Origin: Limisphaerales bacterium | Lineage (GTDB): Bacteria > Patescibacteriota > Microgenomatia > UBA1400 > PJMF01 | Assembly (NCBI GenBank): GCA_044350895.1 | Contig: JBILGT010000002.1 | Location: 36,554-100,553 of the forward strand | Direction of reading: 5' to 3' | DNA: 64,000 nt | In this document: piece after piece, positions 47,880 to 57,272 of the stretch | Position numbering within the stretch: position 1 is the stretch's first letter | Layout: the number at the start of each line of letters is the position of its first letter | The notes under the pieces: model-generated | What the model was told of the DNA's origin: nothing | The model's input: only the letters and a program-made list of their open reading frames with translations | The model's database searches: none | Made by a program: the position numbers and the translations under genes

Positions 47880-50138
47880 TTAAGAGTTTTTAGGCCACTG
47901 TGAAGTGATTAATAGAGTAGGGGAATCAACAATTTCTTGTCGTATTTCCTGCCAGATTTTTTCGGTCACAAACGGCATAAAAGGATGTAACATCTTGAGG
48001 AAAGTTAGCAACCCTTCTTTGAGCATCTCAAGCGAAATCTTACCTTGTTTTTGTTTTTCAATACACTCGTCACAGAACCAGTGCCAGAACTCGTTGTACA
48101 GTACGTCAGCGGCCAGACCAAGTTTGCGCTGTTGGAGGTGATTTGTTACTTCTTCCACAATTCTTGTCAATTTTTCCATGAAAATAGCATCATCTGAAGC
48201 AGTTGAAAGCTCTGGCTGCTTTTCTTGAGACTGCATAGAAATAAACCGAGCAGCATTCCAAACCTTATTAGAAAAATTACGCATTGCTTTAAAGTCTTGC
48301 TCAGCCACAGATTTATCTTGTCCAGGTGTAGATCTGATGACGAGTGCCATACGGAGCGCATCAGCACCAAATTTTTCTACTATCTCAAGTGGGTTGATGA
48401 CATTTCCTTTGCTCTTACTCATCTTTTGACCTTTTGAATCTCGAACAAGTCCATGCAAATATACCTCTGCAAATGGAGATTTTCCTGTTAAGTAAATGCC
48501 CATGATCATCATGCGCATCACCCAAAACGGCAAAATATCGTAGCCAGTTTCCATGACAGTAGTGGGGTAGAAGTTTTTAAAGTCATCGGGCTTGTTGGTT
48601 TTTAACGTTACCACAGGCCATTGTGCTGAAGAAAACCACGTGTCAAAGGTGTCTGTTTCAGGTAGATATAACTTCTTGTCGGAAGGACGCTCTGGCGAGA
48701 TAGAGTAGGGGACTGAAATGTCAGCAAAAAGTTGTTGCAATCCTGCCTCAATTTCCTCAAGGGAATACTCGTTTAAAAGATCCCTTAAAACCCCTTGCTT
48801 GAGTTCTTTATTTGGTGTCACAAAAGAAATTGTTATAGACGATTCATAACCGCTGACTTCATACCAAACAGGAATGCGAATTCCCCACACAATTTGACGA
48901 CTGATATTCCAATCTTGGAGATTCTCGAGCCAGTGGCGAAGAATCTTTTCTCGACCAACTCCATGCACAATAGTTTCTCCAGAATCAAGCGCTTTGAGCG
49001 CAGCTTTTGTTAAACTCTTCTTATCTTCGTTCACTTTAATAAAGAATTGGGGGAGTGGTAATGGTTCTAAAACGCGACCACAGCGATAGCAAGTTCCAAT
49101 TCTGTTCTGATATTTGTCATCAATTCTGTCGATTAAGCCTTTTTCTTGCAGATCTGCTACAACCATTTCTCGGGCAGCTTTTGCACTCATTCCTGCATAC
49201 TTGCCAGCCTCTGCAGTCATTTTTCCGCGACGGTCAACAGCAATTATCAGGGGAAGTTTGTGCTTCTTTCCAACTGCAAAGTCATTGAAGTCATGAGCGG
49301 GAGTTAGTTTTACAATTCCCGTTCCAAATTCAGGATCAACAAACTCATCAGCAATAATTTCCATTTCGGCATCAGTGAGCGGATTTAAGACTTTTTTACC
49401 AATTAAATGCTGCGTCTTTTTATTGTTGGGATGAACTGCCAAATGTGTGTCAGCCCAAATAGGTTCTGGCCGCGTTGTGGCAAGTGTAATAAATTCGGTC
49501 GAATTTTCAGCCATACGGTATTTGACATAGAAAAGTGAAGATGTCTGGTCAACGTGATTTACCTCAAGTTCTGAAAACGACGTTCCGCAGTGCACACAAA
49601 AATTAACAAGGCGCATATCACGATAAACAAGTTTATCTGCAGCAAGTTTTTTAAATGTTTCAGTCACATACGTCACTACGTCGTCATCGAGTGTAAAGGT
49701 AAATCGGCTCCAGTCAGCGCTGGCACCCAATTTCTTAATTTGATCCACAGCAATACCAGAATTTTCTTGTACATAGTCCCAAATTTGCTTGTAAAGTGTT
49801 TGTCTGTCAAAATTAAAACGCGATTTATCAATCTTTTTTAACTTTTTTTCAAACACAAATTGTGTTTCAATGCCTGCGTGATCTGTGCCTGGAACCCAGA
49901 GTGTTGTATCACCCATCATTCTATGAAAGCGTGTCATGACGTCTTCCAATGAAACGAACATTGCATGACCGATATGCAATGGATCATTAGCGTTTGGTGG
50001 CGGCATAATGATTGTAAATGATTTGTTTGATCCGTCTTTTTTTGAACTTAACTGTGTATCGGGATTAAAAGCATCAGCTGTTTCCCAGAGTGAATACATT
50101 TCATTTTCAGATTGTGTGTGATCGTAGCGTGCTTCCAT
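47880..50138 (-). CDS. valS: Valyl-tRNA synthetase (no C-terminal coiled-coil arm)
   Basis: PPPN..LHIGH, GTDHAGI, DWNISRQIVWG, DTWFSS, KMSKS. Confidence 0.96.
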   Translation of the reverse strand: MEARYDHTQSENEMYSLWETADAFNPDTQLSSKKDGSNKSFTIIMPPPNANDPLHIGHAMFVSLEDVMTRFHRMMGDTTLWVPGTDHAGIETQFVFEKKLKKIDKSRFNFDRQTLYKQIWDYVQENSGIAVDQIKKLGASADWSRFTFTLDDDVVTYVTETFKKLAADKLVYRDMRLVNFCVHCGTSFSELEVNHVDQTSSLFYVKYRMAENSTEFITLATTRPEPIWADTHLAVHPNNKKTQHLIGKKVLNPLTDAEMEIIADEFVDPEFGTGIVKLTPAHDFNDFAVGKKHKLPLIIAVDRRGKMTAEAGKYAGMSAKAAREMVVADLQEKGLIDRIDDKYQNRIGTCYRCGRVLEPLPLPQFFIKVNEDKKSLTKAALKALDSGETIVHGVGREKILRHWLENLQDWNISRQIVWGIRIPVWYEVSGYESSITISFVTPNKELKQGVLRDLLNEYSLEEIEAGLQQLFADISVPYSISPERPSDKKLYLPETDTFDTWFSSAQWPVVTLKTNKPDDFKNFYPTTVMETGYDILPFWVMRMMIMGIYLTGKSPFAEVYLHGLVRDSKGQKMSKSKGNVINPLEIVEKFGADALRMALVIRSTPGQDKSVAEQDFKAMRNFSNKVWNAARFISMQSQEKQPELSTASDDAIFMEKLTRIVEEVTNHLQQRKLGLAADVLYNEFWHWFCDECIEKQKQGKISLEMLKEGLLTFLKMLHPFMPFVTEKIWQEIRQEIVDSPTLLITSQWPKNS

Positions 50139-50235
50139 AGTGAGACTAATTATAACACTCGAGATAGGCGGTCTTAAAAGCTTTTATTGAAAATTATCTT
50201 AAAAGATGTAGTCTACATGTATAAGGAATACCGCT

Positions 50236-50988
50236 ATGTTATGGTTCTTTGGGATTATCTTTTTTATTTTGCTCATTTCTCTTCGTCAAGTAAATCAGTA
50301 TGAACGTGGTGTTCGCTATACCATGGGTAGATTCACTGGCCTTGTCGGTCCGGGCTGGCGAGTAGTTGTTCCTATTTTTCAAACCATGACAAAGGTCGAC
50401 ATTCGTACTCGTGCCATGGACGTCCCAAAGCAAGAAACAATTACCAAAGATAACGTATCCTGCAAAATGAACGCTGTGATTTACTTTAAAATTGTTGATG
50501 CTTCTCGCGCAATTAATGAAGTGGAAAACGTAATTTGGGCAGTTTCCCAGCTGGCTCAAACCACCATGCGTCGTATTGCTGGTGAAGTGACATTGGATGA
50601 ACTGCTCTCAAATCGCGAAAAAATCGCCGCTCAAATTCTACAAATTGTGGATGTCACCACCGAACAGTGGGGTGTCACAGTAGAAACTGTGGAGCTCAAA
50701 GACATTGAATTGCCAGAAAATATGGTGCGAACCATGGCCAAAACAGCTGAAGCAGAGCGTGAAAAGCGCGCAACTATCATCAACTCAGAAGGAGAAGTGG
50801 TAGCTGCTCAAAACCTGTCTCAAGCTGCAGCCATGATGGCTCAAACACCAGGTGCTTTGCACTTACGTACACTTAATTCGATCAATGATATTAGTTCTGA
50901 TCAATCCAACACTGTGGTCTTTGCAGTACCTGTCGAAATACTGCGAGCAATAGATGGAATTACTCAATATATGGGTCAGAAGAAGTAG
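50236..50988 (+). CDS. SPFH/band-7 (stomatin-like) protein
   Basis: YERGV, VDIR...VPKQETITKDNV, AQTTMR, AEAERE.RA, ALHLR. Confidence 0.93.
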   Translation: MLWFFGIIFFILLISLRQVNQYERGVRYTMGRFTGLVGPGWRVVVPIFQTMTKVDIRTRAMDVPKQETITKDNVSCKMNAVIYFKIVDASRAINEVENVIWAVSQLAQTTMRRIAGEVTLDELLSNREKIAAQILQIVDVTTEQWGVTVETVELKDIELPENMVRTMAKTAEAEREKRATIINSEGEVVAAQNLSQAAAMMAQTPGALHLRTLNSINDISSDQSNTVVFAVPVEILRAIDGITQYMGQKK

Positions 50989-51492
50989 TTAGCGTTTGTT
51001 TTTACGCAGTGCCTGAATAAGCGACCTCAGCTCATCATAGAGTATGAGCACTGTGGGTGTGATGATGCAGAGAATAAATCCCCAGGGTGATTTTATAAAC
51101 CGAATGATATATCCAAACTTGGGTATCACTCCAATCACTTTGCCAATTACTTTTTCTTCAGTTATGACTTCTACGTCTGCAGTTTGATTGGCATCACCTT
51201 TTGTTACAAATTTTCCTGGATTTTTGGACTGCACTTCTTGAATACGGTGGGTGACTGTTCTGTCGTTTTCATCTTTGAAAGTAACCACATCTGCTTTTAT
51301 ATACTCAGGCTGTTTCTTAATGATGATGGCATCTCCAGTCATGATGCTTGGTTCCATTGAGCCAGATTGAACAACGTAGGTGCGCCAGGGGACAGTGTTG
51401 CGAAACCAGCTTACCAACTTGTAGCTAATAAATCCAAAAAACAAGGCAATCACAATGTAGACCACAATGTGTTTGAACGTAGTTTTTTTCAT
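50989..51492 (-). CDS. sipW: Signal peptidase I, SipW/archaeal-ER type (copy 2)
   Basis: VQSGSMEP..TGD, VTHRI, TKGDAN; Ser-His type. Confidence 0.88.
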   Translation of the reverse strand: MKKTTFKHIVVYIVIALFFGFISYKLVSWFRNTVPWRTYVVQSGSMEPSIMTGDAIIIKKQPEYIKADVVTFKDENDRTVTHRIQEVQSKNPGKFVTKGDANQTADVEVITEEKVIGKVIGVIPKFGYIIRFIKSPWGFILCIITPTVLILYDELRSLIQALRKNKR

Positions 51493-51497
51493 GAAGT

Positions 51498-52163
51498 TTA
51501 TCTACCAGGAAGAATCTGTCGTAGGTTAAATGTAATATCAAATGACGTACTATCACTTTGCACTTCATTGCCAAAATCTTTTCCTTCAGTGGTCCAATCA
51601 ATACTGACAGTAACGCTCTGCCCTGGTGGAATTGTCACTTTTCCAGCATTTGCTTTCCAGAGTGCTTCATACTGAGCTCCGTTTTCTGCTGAAAGGTCAC
51701 TCGTGAAAATTGTCCGTTCTTGATTGTTTTCCTTGAGCTTGATGACTGTTTGAATATTTTTGCCCAGCTCACCCAAATTTTCACCTGGATTGGCGCATGT
51801 AGTATCTTCAAGAGCTTCTGGCTCATTGCAGTCATTCTCAAAATTTTTAACATTGGAAAGCGCAAAACTAAATTCGCCCGGTAAACTTCCTACATTATTA
51901 ATCACCCAAGATTTACCACCAGAAACTACGTTTTGTGCACCAACGCCACTTACTTGTAGACTCTCGGCTTGTTGATTGTTAATTCCTTCAACAGTCATGT
52001 CTAGCGTACCAACTACAAAACTACTCTGGGCTGATTGTTCGCGGTCCACAAAAAGCGCTTGCGTCGTCATCAGTCCAATGACGCCTACAAGTGAAATCAG
52101 AAATAAGCTTTTGAGCAGTCCAAGTTTTCGCAGCATGGTTGTGGGTTGTTGTAATCTTCTCAT
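51498..52163 (-). CDS. TasA/CalY-family fibre subunit
   Basis: SipW-type signal TTQA|LFVDREQSAQSSFVVGTLDM; N.GSLPG; ENDCNEPE; GNEVQSD. Confidence 0.8.
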   Translation of the reverse strand: MRRLQQPTTMLRKLGLLKSLFLISLVGVIGLMTTQALFVDREQSAQSSFVVGTLDMTVEGINNQQAESLQVSGVGAQNVVSGGKSWVINNVGSLPGEFSFALSNVKNFENDCNEPEALEDTTCANPGENLGELGKNIQTVIKLKENNQERTIFTSDLSAENGAQYEALWKANAGKVTIPPGQSVTVSIDWTTEGKDFGNEVQSDSTSFDITFNLRQILPGR

Positions 52164-52170
52164 ACTTTAC

Positions 52171-52746
52171 CTATTCCGCCCAAGCACCAGAAGTTACTGT
52201 GTTCTGTAGTGTCTCGGTATCTGTAAAATGACTTTCTGGACTTTGACTGACAAATGAAATATTAAATGCACAGGTTTGGTTTTTTAGTGCTACATCTTTA
52301 TTATTGAACTTCACAACAAAGACAAGATCTTCCCATTTTTCTTGATCAGATAACTCACCAGAAAATGAGAGATTCATGAGATTTCCTGAATAGACAGGAC
52401 TCCAATCTTGCATAATAACCCCTTCGAGACTTTGACAGAATGTATCTGAACCAGCTGTTTTTTGAACGCTGACAGAGTAGGGGAATTCAAGTTTTCCACT
52501 ATTCTTAATTCTCACTGTTTCTACCTGGAATCCACTGGGAATCATTCCAGTGACTGAGAAGAGGAGAGATTTGGAGAGCTCGTTGGCAGTGTCGTTGGTG
52601 GAGAAATCTAATGTTGTTGCTTCAAATCTATTGTTATGAACATCTTCCTGATCAAACAAATCAGCATCAGTGAATTGGGTGTACGCGGAAAACACTGCTA
52701 TTAAAAACAAGCTGAGTTTAAATAGAAGTCCGAATGTTGGTCTCAT
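52171..52746 (-). CDS. TasA-like SipW-substrate protein with extra C-terminal donor-strand-like motif
   Basis: FTDADLFDQEDVHNNRFEATTLDF; MIPSG..V.IKNSGKL; ends FTDTETLQNTVTSGAW. Confidence 0.7.
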   Translation of the reverse strand: MRPTFGLLFKLSLFLIAVFSAYTQFTDADLFDQEDVHNNRFEATTLDFSTNDTANELSKSLLFSVTGMIPSGFQVETVRIKNSGKLEFPYSVSVQKTAGSDTFCQSLEGVIMQDWSPVYSGNLMNLSFSGELSDQEKWEDLVFVVKFNNKDVALKNQTCAFNISFVSQSPESHFTDTETLQNTVTSGAWAE

Positions 52747-52748
52747 GT

Positions 52749-53252
52749 TTAGGACTGAGTATTGTCATGCTTTTTTGGTTTTTCTTTAAAAATTTCACTA
52801 CCCACGATCAAGATGAGTGGAATGGCGATAAGTAAAAACATACCAAATGGCTGCTGACTGTGAACGAGCAGATATCCAGCTTTTGGAATTCTAAACTGGT
52901 ATTTTCCTACGATATTTTGTTGCGTGATTGGATCTGGGTCGGTGGCTTGGTTGTTATCACCTTTGGTGGTGAGCTTGCCCTCATCATCACTCAAAATACG
53001 GTGAGTGACGGTTCTATTAGCAGCATCGTGGAACGTCACAATGTCATCTTTTTGATACGCATTTTGTGGTTTGATAAAAATAACATCCCCAGTCATGATT
53101 GTGGGCTCCATTGAACCTGACTGGACGATAAAACTTCTGAGTGGGAGTGGACTTGATTTGCTATTTGAAGCAGTTGTTGCAAAGCTAACGAGCACAAATG
53201 CAACGTAAAAAATCCAGAAAATACTACTGATAAATTGAAATGCTTTTTCCAT
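52749..53252 (-). CDS. sipW: Signal peptidase I, SipW type (copy 1)
   Basis: VQSGSMEPTIMTGD, VTHRI, TKGDNN. Confidence 0.88.
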   Translation of the reverse strand: MEKAFQFISSIFWIFYVAFVLVSFATTASNSKSSPLPLRSFIVQSGSMEPTIMTGDVIFIKPQNAYQKDDIVTFHDAANRTVTHRILSDDEGKLTTKGDNNQATDPDPITQQNIVGKYQFRIPKAGYLLVHSQQPFGMFLLIAIPLILIVGSEIFKEKPKKHDNTQS

Positions 53253-53272
53253 ATTATTTCTTTAAAACGCTA

Positions 53273-53298
53273 ATACGGAGGGCTTTCACCCTCCGTAT
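53273..53298 (-). terminator. Strong hairpin downstream of major TasA gene (terminator or mRNA-stabilising stem)
   Basis: ATACGGAGGG-ctttca-CCCTCCGTAT; weak U-tract. Confidence 0.6.
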
Positions 53299-53331
53299 GC
53301 TTAGTACTCGTCGATCCACTCCTCAACTAAG

Positions 53332-53970
53332 TTAAGAAGGGTTTACTTGTGTCAAATCAAATTGTGCTTGGAAACTTAATCCATCACTTTGGATTTCGTT
53401 GCCATAGGTAGCTGGGTCGTTTGCCCAGTTCATTTTGACTTTAACTGTTGCTCCAGCAGGAACTGCTACTGTGCCAGCGTTAGTATTCCACTGTGTAGCA
53501 TATTGGCCTTGATTTGAAGTTGCCAATGTTGAGGTTACAACAGCATCTTCTTCATCATAGTTACCATCGTTGTCGGTATCAATTTTGACAACAGCTGTGG
53601 TAGCTGCACCTAGTTCACCGAGTGCATCTGCTGCACAAGCTGGCTCTGTCACTAATTCTGGCTCATTACAACCATTCTCAGTGTTGGTAATACTGTTAAG
53701 ACGGAATGTGAGATTGCCTGGAACAGTACCAGCGTTTCGAATTGTCCATTCCTTTTCACCGGTCACAGTGCCATCTACACCGATGTTATCAACATTGATA
53801 CTTTCAAATGCAGTGCCGTTTTGGCCATCTACAGTCATATCCAATGTTCCAGCAGCAAATGTGTTTGAAGCTGAAGTCTCTGTATCACTGAAGAGAGCTT
53901 GGGTAAGTGCGTAACCGCCTCCGATGAGTGCTGAGACGATGATGAGAAAGAGCAGGGCTTTCTTTTTCAT
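53332..53970 (-). CDS. TasA/CalY-family fibre subunit (candidate major subunit)
   Basis: MKKK-h-region-TQA|LFSDTETSASNTFAAGTLDM; IRNAGTVPG; ENGCNEPE; GNEIQSD..F..TQ; SD AGAAAGG. Confidence 0.85.
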   Translation of the reverse strand: MKKKALLFLIIVSALIGGGYALTQALFSDTETSASNTFAAGTLDMTVDGQNGTAFESINVDNIGVDGTVTGEKEWTIRNAGTVPGNLTFRLNSITNTENGCNEPELVTEPACAADALGELGAATTAVVKIDTDNDGNYDEEDAVVTSTLATSNQGQYATQWNTNAGTVAVPAGATVKVKMNWANDPATYGNEIQSDGLSFQAQFDLTQVNPS

Positions 53971-54215
53971 TGATGAACCTTTCTTTTTATAATATGTACA
54001 TATTTATTTTTTTATGGACGAAATACTACACATTTTAAGTGTAGATAAAGTCCAATAAATATGCATTTTTGATTGACCGATCAGCTCAACTAATCTGGAT
54101 TTTCAAAAAATGGCATATTTATATTCATTTATAAAAATAAATAAAATAAATCACTTACTACAATACTTATAATTGAAATAGGTAGTCAACTAGATACAAA
54201 TAGCTATTAACTAGA

Positions 54216-55346
54216 TCATTTGCCTTCTGATGGGTGTTTTTTGCGTCTACGTTTGATGATGAAAAATATAAAAAGCACTAGTAATAGTATAATACAAAAA
54301 TGTATGTAAAATGTGCGTAGCATGAATCTATTATTCGCCTTTTGTGTGGGGTTATCCACAGAACTATCTACTTCAGTTTGAGCGCCGAGTACTTTCCCTT
54401 CATTTTTTTGACCAATTACTTCTTCTGTATTACTAAGATTCCCATGATTTTGATTTTCCTTGGGTGTGGGAGGTACTTTTTTTCGTTCCAAGATAACTTG
54501 CTTCGATGTTGGCCCAATGGCGCATCCTGAGCGAGCAGTAATACTGAAAAAGTAGTTTTTCTGTGGTGATAATCCTTGGGGTGAATACTCGGTTGTGTTC
54601 CCGACATCAATGGTGGGGTAGAGCAACTCGCCATCGGTAGTTCCAAAAGTGAGCTGATAGTTTGTTGCATTTGGCAGCGAGTTCCATCTCAGTTTTGTAG
54701 TAGTGAGATTATTGGGGTTTGGAATACTTGTAAGGTTGAGAGTTCCTTTTGGTGGTGTGTTGCTGCAAGGTTGAGGTGTTGGTGCTCCTGGATTCTGTGA
54801 TGGCTTTTGAGAGGGAAGAGGTGCGGGTTCTTTGATAGATTCATCACAACTAAAGCTGAGGTCAAAATCAACAGTTGCAGTGCTCCCTTGGTACTCATTC
54901 CCTGCTGATTTATTAAATAGTACATTCCAACTGTATTCACGCATTGTCGCTGCATTGAGTGTATCAATGTACAGTGGAGTTTCTGTTGTGAGTAACTTTC
55001 TTAGTGGAAAAGCGGTCAGTGGGGTATCTTTGGAAGTAACAGACAGTGTTAACTCATCCGACAAATCACTCTCTGAGTATGAACCGCTATGACGGGCTCG
55101 TACTCCCAGTTCGCAACCTTCGTCTTTTCGCTGATTATGAATACTCACTATTCTGTTGACGCTTTCGCCAGGAACCATATTGTCCGCAGTAAAGAATGGA
55201 GCATCAGAAGTAGAACTTTCACAAGCACCCTTCTGAGTACAGCGAATCACAATGTGCTGTTGGTCTGAAATAGCAAAAACACGATTGGGAACGGCTAGGA
55301 AAATAACACAACAACACAGAACAGTGGAAAAAAAACGCCAAAACAT
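54216..55346 (-). CDS. TasA-like domain + Pro linker + fibronectin type III + C-terminal membrane anchor
   Basis: NMVPGESV.R...AGNEYQG..VDF; FN3 LRW..ATNYQLTFG..GL...YFFSI.A..GCA.G; GKVLGA, then TM and RRRKK tail. Confidence 0.7.
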   Translation of the reverse strand: MFWRFFSTVLCCCVIFLAVPNRVFAISDQQHIVIRCTQKGACESSTSDAPFFTADNMVPGESVNRIVSIHNQRKDEGCELGVRARHSGSYSESDLSDELTLSVTSKDTPLTAFPLRKLLTTETPLYIDTLNAATMREYSWNVLFNKSAGNEYQGSTATVDFDLSFSCDESIKEPAPLPSQKPSQNPGAPTPQPCSNTPPKGTLNLTSIPNPNNLTTTKLRWNSLPNATNYQLTFGTTDGELLYPTIDVGNTTEYSPQGLSPQKNYFFSITARSGCAIGPTSKQVILERKKVPPTPKENQNHGNLSNTEEVIGQKNEGKVLGAQTEVDSSVDNPTQKANNRFMLRTFYIHFCIILLLVLFIFFIIKRRRKKHPSEGK

Positions 55347-55373
55347 GGTGCCAGTATACTCGATTCTAAAAGG

Positions 55374-57170
55374 TTATATACCTTTGAGGTATTTCGCAGA
55401 CCAAGGTCTGTAGTTGGATTTATATTCTTCTTCACGAATTACTTTTCCATTTTTATCTTTAACTATATTTTTGAAGCTTGCTTGTATTCCTGCTGCTGCC
55501 CAGTCTACTTGTACTGTTTTACCAGGAGGGAGACTTGGATCGGGAATATATACTGGGGGTGGGGCAGCCTGGAAATTCCATGTTTTATGATCTACGATTT
55601 CTGCGGTTCTGCCATCAGAAGTTCCGTATAGTTCAAAGAACATATAGAGGTTTTTACTGTCAGCCTCTCCATATACTAAAATATGATGTCCTGTATCATT
55701 TTTAAATCTGAAGTCGGTCTCCCCTGAATATACGGTGGCATCAATTCCTGGCTTGCGATCTAGCTCGTAGTAACTTACGCGGTAACTATGTGGCAGTCTT
55801 CTCGTCACTGGTAGTCCAGCATTTAATACTGATCTAAATAGTGTTGTACTAACCTGACACACGCCGCCGCCATCTCCTAGAACTGTTCTGTTTCCTTGAA
55901 TAACGTAGGCAGATTTAAAGCCAGTTGCTCCAGAGACCTCTCCGAGATGTTTGTTAAAGGAGTACTCTTCGCCAGGTTTGATAATGTCGAGAGAAATTCG
56001 TGATGCTGCCAATCCAACATTGTGAACGCGATTGGGAATGCTATGCGCGTAATAACTTTCTCCAAACCCAATCCGCTCGGCTACTCCAATATCATTGGTT
56101 TGTGAGAGTGACTTCTTGGGCGGTAGCTCAGCTAAAATTAATTTCTTTTCAAATTCAAGTTTCTTGTCATCAGTATTAGTAGTAATTTCGTTCAAAATAG
56201 CAGTGAGTTCTTTAAGGTTCTCAGCTCTGTTGAGTGTCAGTCCATTTTTTGGCGGAATAAATTTTTTGACAGTACTGGTTGCAGCATCATACTCAAATAC
56301 TGGTTCCTGTGGGGGGCGGTTCACTTGTTTCTCCCAAGTTTCAAAGAGTATCGTTGTTTGTTTTTGATTGATTCCTGTAGGCAGTGCTAAAAGACTGACC
56401 AGTTGCTTATCTGAAAGGGTAAGTGGAACGCCTTCTTTGGTAAATTTGACTGTTTTGCCTACAAATTTTTTACCACGCTCAAGACTAGGGTCAACCTGGT
56501 CTGCCGTAAGCACTGCACCGACACTAGCCACGGGTGCTGAAAGCTCAAATACACCGCTTTGGATGTTTTCCAATAGTTTTTCTTTTGTCTTATCAACGTC
56601 AACGGCTCGTCCAATTTCTCCGGTGTCAACAGTCAAAGATGCGGTTGCACCGCTTGTTTTTAAAATGAGCGCAGGTTCAATAGGAGGAACAGCAACTTTA
56701 TCTTGAAGATTCGATATAAATGTCTCCAATTTTTCAGGACGGTATGAAATACGTAGTGAGATGTGTTGTGGTGTAAAGTATCGACGTAACACCGTGTAGA
56801 CGCGCCAGTGAAGCTGAGTTGTTTCTGGTATTTTAACCAATGTATTGACTGCTTCAGCAGTTTCATAATTGGCACCCAAGTTTGTTGAGCTAGTTGCTAC
56901 CAAAATATCGTCTACTCGAAGTGTTACTGTGTGAGCTGGAGGAGTGGTGAACTGCTCAGTCAGGATCTTTTTCGCCTCTGAAACTTCAACATTCCCAAGT
57001 GGTACGCCTTCTATAGTAGTAACTAGTGGAAGATGCGATTTGGCATTAAAGTAAACTAGTAGTAAAATACCGCTGATGATGCAGCTAAAACCAGCAAAAG
57101 CTAAGCCAATTGTTGTTGCTTTTGCAGTTTTGGTAGAAAGAATAGTAAAATAAGGTTTGTATTCCGACAT
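55374..57170 (-). CDS. VanW-family protein with N-terminal peptidoglycan-binding (PG_binding_4-like) region
   Basis: NRVHNV..A, PGEEYSFN, GGGVCQVSTTLF, R.PHSYRVSYY, G.DATV, DFRFKNDT. Confidence 0.88.
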   Translation of the reverse strand: MSEYKPYFTILSTKTAKATTIGLAFAGFSCIISGILLLVYFNAKSHLPLVTTIEGVPLGNVEVSEAKKILTEQFTTPPAHTVTLRVDDILVATSSTNLGANYETAEAVNTLVKIPETTQLHWRVYTVLRRYFTPQHISLRISYRPEKLETFISNLQDKVAVPPIEPALILKTSGATASLTVDTGEIGRAVDVDKTKEKLLENIQSGVFELSAPVASVGAVLTADQVDPSLERGKKFVGKTVKFTKEGVPLTLSDKQLVSLLALPTGINQKQTTILFETWEKQVNRPPQEPVFEYDAATSTVKKFIPPKNGLTLNRAENLKELTAILNEITTNTDDKKLEFEKKLILAELPPKKSLSQTNDIGVAERIGFGESYYAHSIPNRVHNVGLAASRISLDIIKPGEEYSFNKHLGEVSGATGFKSAYVIQGNRTVLGDGGGVCQVSTTLFRSVLNAGLPVTRRLPHSYRVSYYELDRKPGIDATVYSGETDFRFKNDTGHHILVYGEADSKNLYMFFELYGTSDGRTAEIVDHKTWNFQAAPPPVYIPDPSLPPGKTVQVDWAAAGIQASFKNIVKDKNGKVIREEEYKSNYRPWSAKYLKGI

Positions 57171-57272
57171 ACATGCTCTGCTTGTGTTATCATGTAGTAA
57201 GACTACTAACACAAATAGCGTTGTTTACTATTGTGTCAGAATACCCCGTATCATACCAGCAGTAGTCACCGT

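Noticed and set aside
51498-53970. Camelysin metalloprotease annotation for TasA-family genes
   Set aside because: No HExxH or other protease motif; the SipW context favours structural fibre subunits
54352-54360. Perfect DnaA box TTATCCACA
   Set aside because: Single occurrence inside a CDS (encodes VDN on the minus strand), far from the box cluster; likely chance
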